This document shows, one piece after another, positions 18,595 through 28,850 of a stretch of DNA of 32,000 nt. The DNA lies in assembly GCA_031283585.1 (NCBI GenBank), contig JAITBP010000010.1, positions 43,944-75,943 on the forward strand, read 5' to 3'. A model generated the notes under the pieces. It had not been told where the DNA came from. It was given only the letters and a program-made list of their open reading frames with translations, and made no database searches. The number at the start of each line of letters is the position of its first letter. Position 1 is the stretch's first letter. Made by a program: the position numbers and the translations under genes. The DNA is from Puniceicoccales bacterium. GTDB taxonomy: Bacteria; Verrucomicrobiota; Verrucomicrobiia; Opitutales; LL51.

Positions 18595-18875
18595 TTCTGT
18601 CGATCGGTGTTATCTTTGCCATGCTTTGCACCGATTGAGGTTATACAAAACTCCAACATGCTATTGAGTGTTTCTTTATCCTGTTCTTCCAGCCATGAAA
18701 TCTTGTCGCCTAGCTTAAGTAATTGCACCTGCTTCCATTGGCAATTTTTACAACATTCACATTCATAGTCCAAAGGACAGGATAATAAAAGCCTGGCGAT
18801 CTGTTGTTCCCGTGACAATCTAAAAAACTCTTCTTGGTTTTCTAACACATTGCATATCCTGGAACTTTTGTACAA
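18588..18875 (-). CDS. Small Cys-rich hypothetical protein
   Basis: 95-aa ORF with a TTG start and a Cys cluster (LSCPLDYECECCKNCQWKQ). It is the only sizeable ORF in the ~410-nt gap. It overlaps the convergent MATE gene end by 7 nt. Confidence 0.35.
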   Translation of the reverse strand: MYKSSRICNVLENQEEFFRLSREQQIARLLLSCPLDYECECCKNCQWKQVQLLKLGDKISWLEEQDKETLNSMLEFCITSIGAKHGKDNTDRQNQ

Positions 18876-19004
18876 TTTTCAACTTGAGGTAATCGATATC
18901 ACAAGATTTACAAAAAATTATTTATGTATAAAAAGTATGTCGATTCTTGTAAAAACACATTTGCTCTTGCCCATTGATACCAGCAATTAATACTAATCAA
19001 GTCT

Positions 19005-20456
19005 ATGCATGAATCACAGACTGTCGAAAAAAACGAAAAAAACGAAAAAAACGAAAAAGACAAAAAAAAATACGACATAGCCATAATAGGTAGCGGATTG
19101 GCAGGGTTGACCGCCGCAAACTATCTCGCAAAACTTGGTTACAAGGTGTCAATATTTGAACAACACTACGAAATCGGTGGTCTTGCAGCCTGGTTTTCAA
19201 GAAAGGGAGGCCATATTTTCGATGTATCATTGCATGGGTTTCCCCAGGGTATGGTCAAATCCTGCAGAAAATATTGGACAAAAGAGATCGCTGACAGCAT
19301 CGTGCAATTGAAAAGGATCCGTTTCGTGAATCCACAGTTTGACATCGAAACAACCTTCACAAGAGAAGATTTTACGAAAATTCTTGTGAAAAAATTCGGC
19401 CTGGCCACAGAGCAGGTCGAGGCATTCTTTACCAGCCTACGTAAGATGAATTTTTATGATGACGACCTGCGCAGCACAAAGCAGCTATTCGAGGAATTTT
19501 TCCCAGGACGCAGCGATGTGCATAGATTATTACTGGAACCAATAGCCTATGCCAACGGTTCCACCCTGGATGACGAGGCAATAACCTATGGTATCGTGTT
19601 CTCTAACTTCATGAGCAATGGAGTGTTCACCTTCGAAGGAGGTACTGACAGCTTGATAAATAAAATGTCCAATGAACTAAAATCCCATGGCGTAGACATC
19701 TTTACCCGTAGCAAGGTCGAAAAAATTCTCGTAGATTCGGACGGAGTTTCACAAAAGAAGGTGATTGGTATTGTTGTAAATGGTCAAAATATCTATTGCC
19801 GAACTGTGATTTCAAATGCCAATATATTGTTTACCATATCCACATTGGTCGGTGAAGATAAATTTCCAAAAGAATTCCTGAAAAAAAACCGTTCTGTCCG
19901 GATTAATAATAGTTCCTGCCAGGCCTATCTAGGCATCAGAAAGGGAGAAACAATTCCGGATATAGGAGATCTGATTTTTTCTTCGGAAAATAAGGAACTG
20001 GACAGTAAGGAGTTATGCCATTTCCATACCAAAAGCAGGACCTTTTCGATGTACTATCCGAAAACCAGGCCACAGCATGAACCTAGCTACGCCATCGTGG
20101 CTTCAATGAACGCAAACTGGGATGACTGGGCCAGTCTATCCAAGGAGGAATACAAAAAAGAAAAGTCAAGAATCATCGAAGATTCTATAGTTTCGTTGGA
20201 AAAATTCATACCAGATGTCCGGTCAAAAATAGATTACACCGAAGCGGCAACTCCATTGACATTCAACCGGTATACATCCCATCCAAAGGGAACTTCGTTT
20301 GGTACAAAATTTGAAGGCCTCGAGGTTTCCATGGATCTCCCAAATCAGATAACCGGCCTATATCACACCGGCTCCGTGGGAATAATAATGTCCGGGTGGC
20401 TTGGAGCCATGAACTACGGAGTCATTGTGGCTCACAAAGTTGCTAGCATTTTATGA
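19005..20456 (+). CDS. FAD/NAD(P)-dependent oxidoreductase, phytoene-desaturase (CrtI)-like family
   Basis: Has a Rossmann dinucleotide motif ([31 protein letters not shown]). Its length (483 aa) and C-terminus (GLYHTGS) are typical of COG1233-type amine-oxidase-fold enzymes. Confidence 0.75.
   Translation: MHESQTVEKNEKNEKNEKDKKKYDIAIIGSGLAGLTAANYLAKLGYKVSIFEQHYEIGGLAAWFSRKGGHIFDVSLHGFPQGMVKSCRKYWTKEIADSIVQLKRIRFVNPQFDIETTFTREDFTKILVKKFGLATEQVEAFFTSLRKMNFYDDDLRSTKQLFEEFFPGRSDVHRLLLEPIAYANGSTLDDEAITYGIVFSNFMSNGVFTFEGGTDSLINKMSNELKSHGVDIFTRSKVEKILVDSDGVSQKKVIGIVVNGQNIYCRTVISNANILFTISTLVGEDKFPKEFLKKNRSVRINNSSCQAYLGIRKGETIPDIGDLIFSSENKELDSKELCHFHTKSRTFSMYYPKTRPQHEPSYAIVASMNANWDDWASLSKEEYKKEKSRIIEDSIVSLEKFIPDVRSKIDYTEAATPLTFNRYTSHPKGTSFGTKFEGLEVSMDLPNQITGLYHTGSVGIIMSGWLGAMNYGVIVAHKVASIL
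19025..19070 (+). repeat. 9-bp tandem repeat (CGAAAAAAA x3 plus degenerate copies) ending in an A9 tract, inside the 5' coding end
   Basis: 19025-19051 holds three exact CGAAAAAAA units, followed by CGAAAAAGA and then C+A9 (19061-19070). The translation is (EKN)-rich: [16 protein letters not shown]. Confidence 0.9.
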
Positions 20457-20483
20457 TTAAACCCTTGTGTTTATTTAACATAG

Positions 20484-21818
<1,335 letters not shown>

Positions 21819-21857
21819 TGATTATGGATTGGCCAACCAATAAATTGCTAAACAAAA

Positions 21858-22322
21858 ATGGCCGAACATATATTAATCGATGGCTACAATGTTATCCATT
21901 CAATAAAAGAATTCAAAAAAAATTTATCTTTTGGTATAAATGCTTCGGCCCAAATTTTTATCCAGGAAGCATCCAGGTTGCTAATGATCATAGATAAGGT
22001 CACGCTAGTCTTTGACGGCAAGGATACTAAAACCACCATCGACTACCCCTATAATAGCAAAAGGTTTTGCGTGATATATTCGGATAAAAATACCACTGCC
22101 GACACACTTATAGAGCGGATTGTGAGAGAATCCAAGCACCCCATAAACTGCACCGTAATGACCAATGACCATGCCCTCGGTGATACCATAAGATCCGTCG
22201 GTGGGATCGTAATGCCATCAGAAGAGCTAATCAACCTTATTTCCGGTGGAGAATCTGTCTGTAAAAGAAGAATTATCTCCAGTAATAATGACCAATCCTT
22301 CGGCAATAAGCTATTTGAATGA
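21858..22322 (+). CDS. NYN-domain (YacP/Rae1-like) putative ribonuclease
   Basis: 154 aa. The N-terminus (ILIDGYNVIHS) and the later VTLVFDG and MTNDHAL segments fit the YacP-like NYN/PIN pattern. Confidence 0.6.
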   Translation: MAEHILIDGYNVIHSIKEFKKNLSFGINASAQIFIQEASRLLMIIDKVTLVFDGKDTKTTIDYPYNSKRFCVIYSDKNTTADTLIERIVRESKHPINCTVMTNDHALGDTIRSVGGIVMPSEELINLISGGESVCKRRIISSNNDQSFGNKLFE

Positions 22323-22420
22323 ATAAAATAGCAAATACATTTGAAAAATAGATTGAATATTGCATAATAGTAGTTAGCTAATTCAGAACAGCAAGTAGAT
22401 GCATTGCGTTTCGGCGTGAA

Positions 22421-22450
22421 GATTTCCAGGTTGTCACAGATTGTTACAAT
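22421..22450 (+). promoter_or_regulatory. Candidate extended -10 promoter (TGTTACAAT) for the RRM protein gene
   Basis: TGTTACAAT lies at 22442-22450, with only a weak -35 candidate upstream. It would give a leader of ~105 nt before the ATG at 22561. Confidence 0.3.
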
Positions 22451-22560
22451 CAAGAAAGTGGCTACTACAAGCAGATCGAAGGTATATCGTGCCATGGGGT
22501 TACTTTTCGATGACGATCTCGTGGCATAACAACATACAGTATAAAAAAAATAATAATATC

Positions 22561-22947
22561 ATGAGGATTTATGTAGGAAATCTTTCGCAGGACTCCACAG
22601 AGGATGGCGTGAAGATTGCATTTGAAGCTCACGGTGAAGTAGAAAGCGTGAGATTTATAGTTGATCGGGATACAAACCAACCCAAAGGATTTGGATTCAT
22701 CGAGATGCCGAAGCAAAACGAAGCAGTGGCTGCCATAACAGCATTGAATGGCAGCGAACTAGATGGCAATGAACTGATTGTCAGCGAAGCTAGGCCAAAA
22801 CCAAATCCAAGGTTCAGGTCCGGTGGCGGCGGCTTCCGGGGTGGCTATCGAGATGGAAGAGGTGGCGGTGGATCCCACGGTGACTTTGGTGACCGAAATC
22901 GGCGTTCCGGCGGAGGATTCCGCGGGAGTCGTGGTGGCGATCGCTAA
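22561..22947 (+). CDS. RRM-type RNA-binding protein with RGG/glycine-rich tail
   Basis: Has RNP2 (RIYVGNL) and RNP1 (KGFGFIEM) motifs and a C-terminal tail GGGGFRGGYRDGRGGGGSHGDFGDRNRRSGGGFRGSRGGDR. The track ORF begins upstream at a non-ATG codon; the ATG at 22561 fits the family N-terminus. Confidence 0.9.
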   Translation: MRIYVGNLSQDSTEDGVKIAFEAHGEVESVRFIVDRDTNQPKGFGFIEMPKQNEAVAAITALNGSELDGNELIVSEARPKPNPRFRSGGGGFRGGYRDGRGGGGSHGDFGDRNRRSGGGFRGSRGGDR

Positions 22948-22974
22948 CAGTTAAAACCTATTCCAAAGTTTTCA

Positions 22975-23008
22975 CCGGCCCTATCCATTGGGTCGGGTTT
23001 ATTTTTAT
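22975..23008 (+). terminator. Rho-independent terminator after the RRM gene
   Basis: Stem CCGGCCC / GGGTCGG (one G-T pair) with an 8-nt loop, followed by TTTATTTTTAT. It lies ~28 nt after the stop. Confidence 0.6.
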
Positions 23009-23129
23009 AATTATTTAGACCTAGGCATGCTGTGGTCCTAAAGTCGGCACAGTTTTTATTTCATCCTGGATTATAATTGCAATACATCGATATTGTTATA
23101 TGGATGTAGACCAATTGGATGGGTATATA

Positions 23130-23792
23130 ATGACCGATTCTGTCCCCAGTCACTGGGAAAACAGATGTTTCTCGATTATAGAGATCATCATTACCCTGGC
23201 AATCATTGGTATAATAGCCACGGCCACGGTACCGATGATAAAAAAACTTACATGGAATGCCAATAGGGCGAACGGTGCATCTAATATGAGGCAAATAACC
23301 TTGGCTTATGTTCTGCTCCTGTCCGAAAAAAACATTAGCCCAGCAACGGAAGCAGCTTCAATAGTTTCGAATGCCCAGCCGGGTCAAATAACCGACCATA
23401 TCTATGCAGCCATACTCACCAAACACAGAAATGATTTGAGTCCAAAAATCTTTGCCTGGAAGTCAGATAAAATGGTAAAAACATTCGTCAGGACCAATAA
23501 ATTTCCATCCACCATCCTTAGCAAACAAACCGGTCAGATGGCCGATAATTTTTCAAACCTTCCGCTGAGTGTGCATTTTTTTGAGGTGGATCCGGATGTT
23601 TTTAATAGGCGTATGTCCCCATCTCTAGTACCAGTGGTATGTTCCCGTGGCCTAGCCATTGAACCAGATGGCACATTTAAACTTGATCCGGAAACCGGTG
23701 TGTTTGGAGACACGGGTGCTTTCCTAGGCTTTCTTGATGGCCATGTGGAATGGTGTGATACGGCTGATCTAGCCACACTAAATAGGCATTAA
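23130..23792 (+). CDS. Prepilin-like (type II secretion pseudopilin / type IV pilin N-terminal domain) protein
   Basis: The N-terminus is MTDSVPSHWENRC-FSIIEIIITLAIIGIIATA, i.e. the FxxIE + hydrophobic helix class-III signal. The C-terminus (FLDGHVEW) is as seen in PVC-type prepilin-like proteins. ATG at 23130 is chosen over the longer track ORF. Confidence 0.7.
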   Translation: MTDSVPSHWENRCFSIIEIIITLAIIGIIATATVPMIKKLTWNANRANGASNMRQITLAYVLLLSEKNISPATEAASIVSNAQPGQITDHIYAAILTKHRNDLSPKIFAWKSDKMVKTFVRTNKFPSTILSKQTGQMADNFSNLPLSVHFFEVDPDVFNRRMSPSLVPVVCSRGLAIEPDGTFKLDPETGVFGDTGAFLGFLDGHVEWCDTADLATLNRH

Positions 23793-23794
23793 AG

Positions 23795-24913
23795 CTAATG
23801 CTTCCATACCTTCATGATCAATGGAATTGCTATGCCAAGTAGAGCCATATTGGGCAGCCACACCAGCCAATGTCCATGGGCTACACCGCTGAGAGATGAT
23901 AGAAAAGACATCAGGAAATAGTAGCAAAGACTCAGGATTAGTGCCAGGGTAAAATGAAAAAAATTATCCGATTTTTTTGCTATCAGTGCCAGTGGTATCG
24001 CCAGTAATGCTAGAACAAACACACCACAGGCCATGGCTAAATTTTTATGTAACTGCATCATTATCAAAGCACTTCTCTGGGTATCTCCAGTCAAATCTGC
24101 CTGATTCTTAGCTTCCACTAGGGCTGACAAATTCATGTGGCTTATCTTCCCAGACTTCCAGTCATTGTGGCTAAATATATCATCCAGGCACAAATCAATG
24201 GAGAGCCTATCATAGGATATCATTGGCATGCATTTCTCGTAAAACGATTCCGGAGATAGCTCGGGCCTCTTCTCTATATTGCCATTCTCCAGCACAAGAA
24301 CCAATGCAGCGGAATTTTCATCGTAGGCCAACTCACCGCTCTTTGCACGGCCATAGGATATGACCTTCCTGGCCGTATCCATTTCCCATATATGAAAGTT
24401 ATAAAACTTATCACGGCCCATTTCTCCACAGTAGATCAAATAACCTGGAAAATCATCTATAAAAGTCCCAGGGGCAATAAATTCCATTGGATTTTCCTTC
24501 ACCGCATTATGCAACCCACACCTATACAGCTCCATAGAATTTGGGCCCCAGTAAAAATTCACCACCAGCGCAAACACTGAGGATATCACGGCAATAATTA
24601 TTATCGGCTGCGCGATTTTTTTTATACCTACGCCAGCAGACTTCATAGCCGTTATCTCACCGCTACTACCCATTCGCCCTAGAACTATGAATATTCCTGA
24701 TATCAGGCCAAGTGGCATGGCATAGGAAATCACCGCCGGCAGCAGTGCCAAAATCAGGCAAAGTGCAGGCAACAGGGATAACTTCCTGGTGGCAACCAGG
24801 TCCAATAAGTCCCTGACAGTGTTACCACTTAACAAAACAAATACGAAAAACAACAACGAACCCAACGATGTTTTCAGGATTTCAACGGATATATATCTTG
24901 GCAAAAGCTTCAT
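23795..24913 (-). CDS. LptF/LptG-family LPS export permease
   Basis: 372 aa. The N-terminus (LLPRYISVEILKTSLGSLLFFVFVLL) is followed by 3 TM segments, a large periplasmic loop and 3 more TM segments, which is the YjgP/YjgQ topology. Confidence 0.75.
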   Translation of the reverse strand: MKLLPRYISVEILKTSLGSLLFFVFVLLSGNTVRDLLDLVATRKLSLLPALCLILALLPAVISYAMPLGLISGIFIVLGRMGSSGEITAMKSAGVGIKKIAQPIIIIAVISSVFALVVNFYWGPNSMELYRCGLHNAVKENPMEFIAPGTFIDDFPGYLIYCGEMGRDKFYNFHIWEMDTARKVISYGRAKSGELAYDENSAALVLVLENGNIEKRPELSPESFYEKCMPMISYDRLSIDLCLDDIFSHNDWKSGKISHMNLSALVEAKNQADLTGDTQRSALIMMQLHKNLAMACGVFVLALLAIPLALIAKKSDNFFHFTLALILSLCYYFLMSFLSSLSGVAHGHWLVWLPNMALLGIAIPLIMKVWKH

Positions 24914-24916
24914 GGT

Positions 24917-25549
24917 TCACCCTGGTTCCTCTAGCAATCTGATCGCTTCCATAATCCTGTCAGCGGCATACTGGTATCTGTCTTCATGGTTAGGTCCAGG
25001 ATCATAGATAATACTATGCATTGGCCTCCCCACAACTACGGTGGCTTCAGTATTTATATTTGGCCACCTGGTTTCTTTGCTCCAAATTTCATAGGTTCCA
25101 AATAATCTGATAGGTATCACCGGAACCGAAGACCTGCAGGCTAACAGGCCGATTCCTGCCCTAGCCTCATGGATCGCTCCATCCGGAGACCTAGCACCTT
25201 CAGGAAATATGACAACGCCATGACCATTTTTCAATAAATTAAACACTTTTTTAATGGCAGCCACATCACTACCGTTATCCCTATCGACGGGAATTGTATT
25301 GATCCTACTAAGGATAAACCCAAACAATCCTGGTACTATAAGTGTTTTCCTTGCAAAAAAAAATACATCGCTGCGTTTCATAATTGCACTTATAAACGGC
25401 GGATCAAGAAAGCTAGCGTGGTTGGCAGCGGCTATAAACGCACCCGTTTCCGGAATATTTTCAACCCCATAGACACAACCATCAAAAATTTCCACGAAAC
25501 ATAACTTGAAAAATGACTGAACAACAAGGTAGTATGGATTCCAAGCCAC
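24917..25549 (-). CDS. plsC: 1-acyl-sn-glycerol-3-phosphate acyltransferase (PlsC family)
   Basis: Has the HX4D motif NHASFLD and the FPEGARS motif. The start is GTG; no ATG lies upstream of the catalytic motif. Confidence 0.8.
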   Translation of the reverse strand: MAWNPYYLVVQSFFKLCFVEIFDGCVYGVENIPETGAFIAAANHASFLDPPFISAIMKRSDVFFFARKTLIVPGLFGFILSRINTIPVDRDNGSDVAAIKKVFNLLKNGHGVVIFPEGARSPDGAIHEARAGIGLLACRSSVPVIPIRLFGTYEIWSKETRWPNINTEATVVVGRPMHSIIYDPGPNHEDRYQYAADRIMEAIRLLEEPG

Positions 25550-25704
25550 AACTCTAGATTCGATTAAGCTGGGAATTTGTCGAGATAAATGTTATTAATC
25601 CATCCCAACAACATATTCTTCCGAATTGATAATGTCAACATGCATAGAGGCAAACAGATAGCACACTTGACTAGGTGAAAAATTTAATAAAACTACCCTA
25701 GTCT

Positions 25705-25941
25705 ATGGCGAATAAAAATAATAAAAATCGAGAAAATTGCCCTGGTAAATTTTATGTCGATGATCTATGCATTGACTGTGATATGTGTCGTGACATGGCC
25801 GGTGAGTTTTTTGTTAGGCAGGAAGAAGAGGGCTATTCATATGTTATCAAACAACCTACATCTAAAGAGGATATAGAAATTTGCGAAGAGGTTGTGGATA
25901 GCTGTCCCGTCGGAGCCATAGGCAATGATGGAGATGTCTGA
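25705..25941 (+). CDS. Small ferredoxin
   Basis: 78 aa with cluster ligands CIDCDMC ... CP(VGAI), typical of single-cluster bacterial ferredoxins. Confidence 0.8.
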   Translation: MANKNNKNRENCPGKFYVDDLCIDCDMCRDMAGEFFVRQEEEGYSYVIKQPTSKEDIEICEEVVDSCPVGAIGNDGDV

Positions 25942-25993
25942 TAGTAAAAATTAATGCCAATTTCGATTCTATGTTGGGATTCTGTATCTGTGG

Positions 25994-27103
25994 ATGGGTT
26001 TTGGCTTACTTGTTTATTTGATTGTGTTTCTTTCCCTAGGGACGACAGGTCTAGCCAGTCCAATGGTGACAGTCAGTGGGAAAGCAGGAGTTATATATAC
26101 AACCAACCTGTTTTGTGATGAAAAAGGTACCATCTCTGATAAAAAGGCCTATGTAACACCAAAGATTTCCGTATCCAGCGGTGATATGAATTCCACCGTA
26201 GTGACTTCGACATCATTAAAACTGGACGCGTATAGATACGCCAAAATGCACGGTCTAGATGACCTGAATATAGCATCTAGATCGAAACTTGAGGTATTTC
26301 TACCATCGAATAACCTAAAATCGAAATTTTCCTATGTCCAGGCAGACACAAACAAACCAGGATTAAATGTGAAAGGCCAGCTGGTTAGCCTGGATACATT
26401 CGATACCTATTTCACCTCCGAGCATGAACTTACCGATAAACTGACATTGTCCACCTTGGCCGAGCTTGAAAAGATCCATCTGACGAAAAAGTACAATAAT
26501 CTCTATGATAGTCAAACCACGTACCTTGAAACCAGCCTTAGCCATGCATTTTCAGACAAAATTAAATTAGGACCACTGGTAAAAACTTCCTACACAAAGA
26601 ATAAAAGGCCAAAAAAATTTTCCAGCCAGACCATTGCAATCACTTCAAAATATGACCCCAGCTTCAGACTAGAATTAAATGGCTACATTGGACTACAATT
26701 CTACAACAGTGACAATAATCAGACTAAAAATTCATTTGCATTTAAAGGTTCCATAGAGTACATTCTTTCGTTTCCGTCAAAAATTATTGCCGAGTTCAAG
26801 CAAAAGATGGCTAGCAGCCTTGAAGGCAGCCTACTGCAGAAAACCGTCGCCGAGCTAAAGCTCTTTCTATTAGTATATAGAATGATAGCTGTTGGTATAT
26901 CTGGCACAGCCCAATATCATAACTACAACAGCTACAAAAGGCATGACAGGGTTGTAAAATTTGGAATAGACTTTCGGGCCTATTTTGGAGAGAATAGATA
27001 CATCGATATGGTGTCCTATCAATTTATCCAGAATCATTCCGATGTTATTGGAAAATCCTATGTGACCCATATGGTTGGTGTTGGTATAACCTGTGACTTT
27101 TAA
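25994..27103 (+). CDS. Outer-membrane beta-barrel protein (putative, polysaccharide-export associated)
   Basis: Has a signal peptide and alternating hydrophobic beta-strand patterns throughout. The C-terminus (...VGVGITCDF) has a terminal Phe. It lies immediately upstream of the Wza-like gene. Confidence 0.5.
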   Translation: MGFGLLVYLIVFLSLGTTGLASPMVTVSGKAGVIYTTNLFCDEKGTISDKKAYVTPKISVSSGDMNSTVVTSTSLKLDAYRYAKMHGLDDLNIASRSKLEVFLPSNNLKSKFSYVQADTNKPGLNVKGQLVSLDTFDTYFTSEHELTDKLTLSTLAELEKIHLTKKYNNLYDSQTTYLETSLSHAFSDKIKLGPLVKTSYTKNKRPKKFSSQTIAITSKYDPSFRLELNGYIGLQFYNSDNNQTKNSFAFKGSIEYILSFPSKIIAEFKQKMASSLEGSLLQKTVAELKLFLLVYRMIAVGISGTAQYHNYNSYKRHDRVVKFGIDFRAYFGENRYIDMVSYQFIQNHSDVIGKSYVTHMVGVGITCDF

Positions 27104-27115
27104 TGCTCAAATATT

Positions 27116-27694
27116 ATGAAGTGGAATATAGATATTTTGGCTAGCTTAGCCATAATGATTATGAGTTGTGCATCTTTTGCATCAAAATCCGAACAACTGA
27201 ATAAACTGGTACCTCTGGACGAGATATCTATTTCTATTTTTGGAAACCCGGATCTTGAAACCAAAACAATGATATCAGAAAATGGCGAAATATCATTGCC
27301 ATTAATTGGAAGCATCAAGATTTCTGGACTGACCCAGGATGAAGCGCAAAATATCCTGGAAACTAAATATAGCAATGGCTACCTGAAATCTCCTTGGGTT
27401 TCTATCAATATAACAAAGCGAGCGATAAAATATGTAACCGTACTTGGCCATGTTCAAAAACAAGGCGTAGTTGAATTCGAGGCCCATCGCGGCCTTACTC
27501 TGACCGAGGCCATTGGTAAAGCCAACGGCCCCACACTAAAAGCTGACATTTCAAAGGTCACTTTGACCTCCACCGATGGTAGCGGTAAAATCAAATCAAC
27601 CCAAATTGATCTGAAAATGATTATCCAGGGAAAAGCCGAAGACATTCAGCTAAAGGATGGCGACCTGATCTATGTCAAAGAATCCATGTTCTGA
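27116..27694 (+). CDS. Polysaccharide export protein (Wza N-terminal Poly_export + SLBB domains), lipoprotein
   Basis: Lipobox-like IMSC. Contains ISISIFGNPDLETKTMISENGEISLPLIGSIKISGLTQDEAQNILE and ...VTVLGHVQKQGVVEF...LTLTEAIGKANG...GDLIYV, as in the Poly_export/SLBB families. Confidence 0.8.
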   Translation: MKWNIDILASLAIMIMSCASFASKSEQLNKLVPLDEISISIFGNPDLETKTMISENGEISLPLIGSIKISGLTQDEAQNILETKYSNGYLKSPWVSINITKRAIKYVTVLGHVQKQGVVEFEAHRGLTLTEAIGKANGPTLKADISKVTLTSTDGSGKIKSTQIDLKMIIQGKAEDIQLKDGDLIYVKESMF

Positions 27695-27827
27695 TCTATA
27701 TCTATATGGCTATAAAGAAGTAACAACTTACGATGCTTTGGATAATTTTACGTAAAAATTCACCAACAAGACAATAATTTATTGCATATAGATCTATTAT
27801 GTAAATCATGTCATTTGGAGGTTTAAT

Positions 27828-28832
27828 ATGAATAAAAATAAAATAAATAAATGTAGTTTAGCTATCATGTTGGTATCAATGGCTTGCTTTGATGCTGGCA
27901 GATGTTATGCCGTACAAGGCTCAGACTCAGATAGCGATGAGGAGTTTGTTGTTGAGGTATCAAATGATGACAATAATATGCAAGGGGAAGATTACTTAGA
28001 TTTGTGCCCAAATCTTTCTACTGCTATCAAAATAATCACACAGAAATATTATAGAGGCGAAATCACACGTAGAGATTGTTTAAAAAAATACAAGGAAGCT
28101 TGTAAGTTATTTGGTTCCGAGTATACATCGTCATTTCGTAAAAATTTAGAGGACTGGTGCCTTAAGTCTAATCGTAAAAATTTAGATTGCTGGGACCTTA
28201 GGTCTAATGAGATTGTAAAAGATATTGAGCTTGGTGTAGAGCTTGGTGATATTTTATATTCAATTAGGTATAGGCTCGACCGAAGTGTAGCCGTTGCCAA
28301 GAGTAGTGATGAGTATCGTAAAGGATTCATACCTGAGATACTGGAAGCTAAATACCTAATGAGTCGTAAAATTAAAGAAAAAGTGAAAAAATATACCGAA
28401 AGCATTGTTGGACTACGTTACGTCCCAAATAATAGCGATAGATTGGCATCACTAAATAACTTAAATAAGAATATAAATGCGTGTCTCTCAGAATGGAAAA
28501 ACATAAGCAAGTATATCTATGACAGCATTATACCGCTAATAAAAGCCCCTGAGAATTTTGATGAAGAAACTAAGAAGAAGTATCAAATTTCAGAAATGCG
28601 TTATGGTTATTTGAAGCCCTATATTGAAGATGTACAAAGAGGAAATGAGTCTCTTGATTCTGATATTGCTAAGGAAATTTTAGATCTTTATAAAAATACA
28701 AAGGATAATGGTTTTGATAATGAAAAAAAGATAAAAGAATTAGTGAAAGCGGTTAGAAGTATTATTCTTAATGCTAATAATCCTGAGTTGACCGAAATAT
28801 TGGATGGATATAATATTGATGAAAATCTGTAA
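27828..28832 (+). CDS. Orphan secreted Lys/Glu-rich protein
   Basis: GGAGG lies 7 nt upstream of the ATG. Signal peptide MNKNKINKCSLAIMLVSMACFDAGRCYA. The coding sequence is very AT-rich. No family recognised. Confidence 0.7.
   Translation: MNKNKINKCSLAIMLVSMACFDAGRCYAVQGSDSDSDEEFVVEVSNDDNNMQGEDYLDLCPNLSTAIKIITQKYYRGEITRRDCLKKYKEACKLFGSEYTSSFRKNLEDWCLKSNRKNLDCWDLRSNEIVKDIELGVELGDILYSIRYRLDRSVAVAKSSDEYRKGFIPEILEAKYLMSRKIKEKVKKYTESIVGLRYVPNNSDRLASLNNLNKNINACLSEWKNISKYIYDSIIPLIKAPENFDEETKKKYQISEMRYGYLKPYIEDVQRGNESLDSDIAKEILDLYKNTKDNGFDNEKKIKELVKAVRSIILNANNPELTEILDGYNIDENL
28137..28208 (+). repeat. Intragenic 36-bp tandem duplication (RKNLEDWCLKSN / RKNLDCWDLRSN)
   Basis: The copies at 28137-28172 and 28173-28208 differ at 6 of 36 positions by hand count. 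Confidence 0.85.
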
Positions 28833-28850
28833 TCAATATAATATACAACC

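Noticed and set aside
19003-19230. 75-aa minus-strand ORF with an [11 protein letters not shown] repeat
   Set aside because: It is an artefact of reading the 9-bp A-rich repeat antisense. It lies opposite the Rossmann-fold N-terminus of a well-supported gene.
22049-22495. 148-aa minus-strand ORF overlapping the NYN gene and the RRM leader
   Set aside because: Most of it is antisense to the NYN-domain gene. The remainder lies in the AT-rich leader, and the protein has no motif. It is likely spurious.
22441-22560. N-terminal 40-aa extension of the RRM protein given in the ORF track
   Set aside because: The track start is a non-ATG codon. RRM proteins of this type begin directly with M-x-IYVGNL, and the ATG at 22561 provides exactly that.
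25994-27694. Beta-barrel plus Wza-like pair as a novel export system
   Set aside because: This pairing is common in exopolysaccharide loci. The remaining components are probably encoded elsewhere, and nothing is atypical in the sequences themselves.
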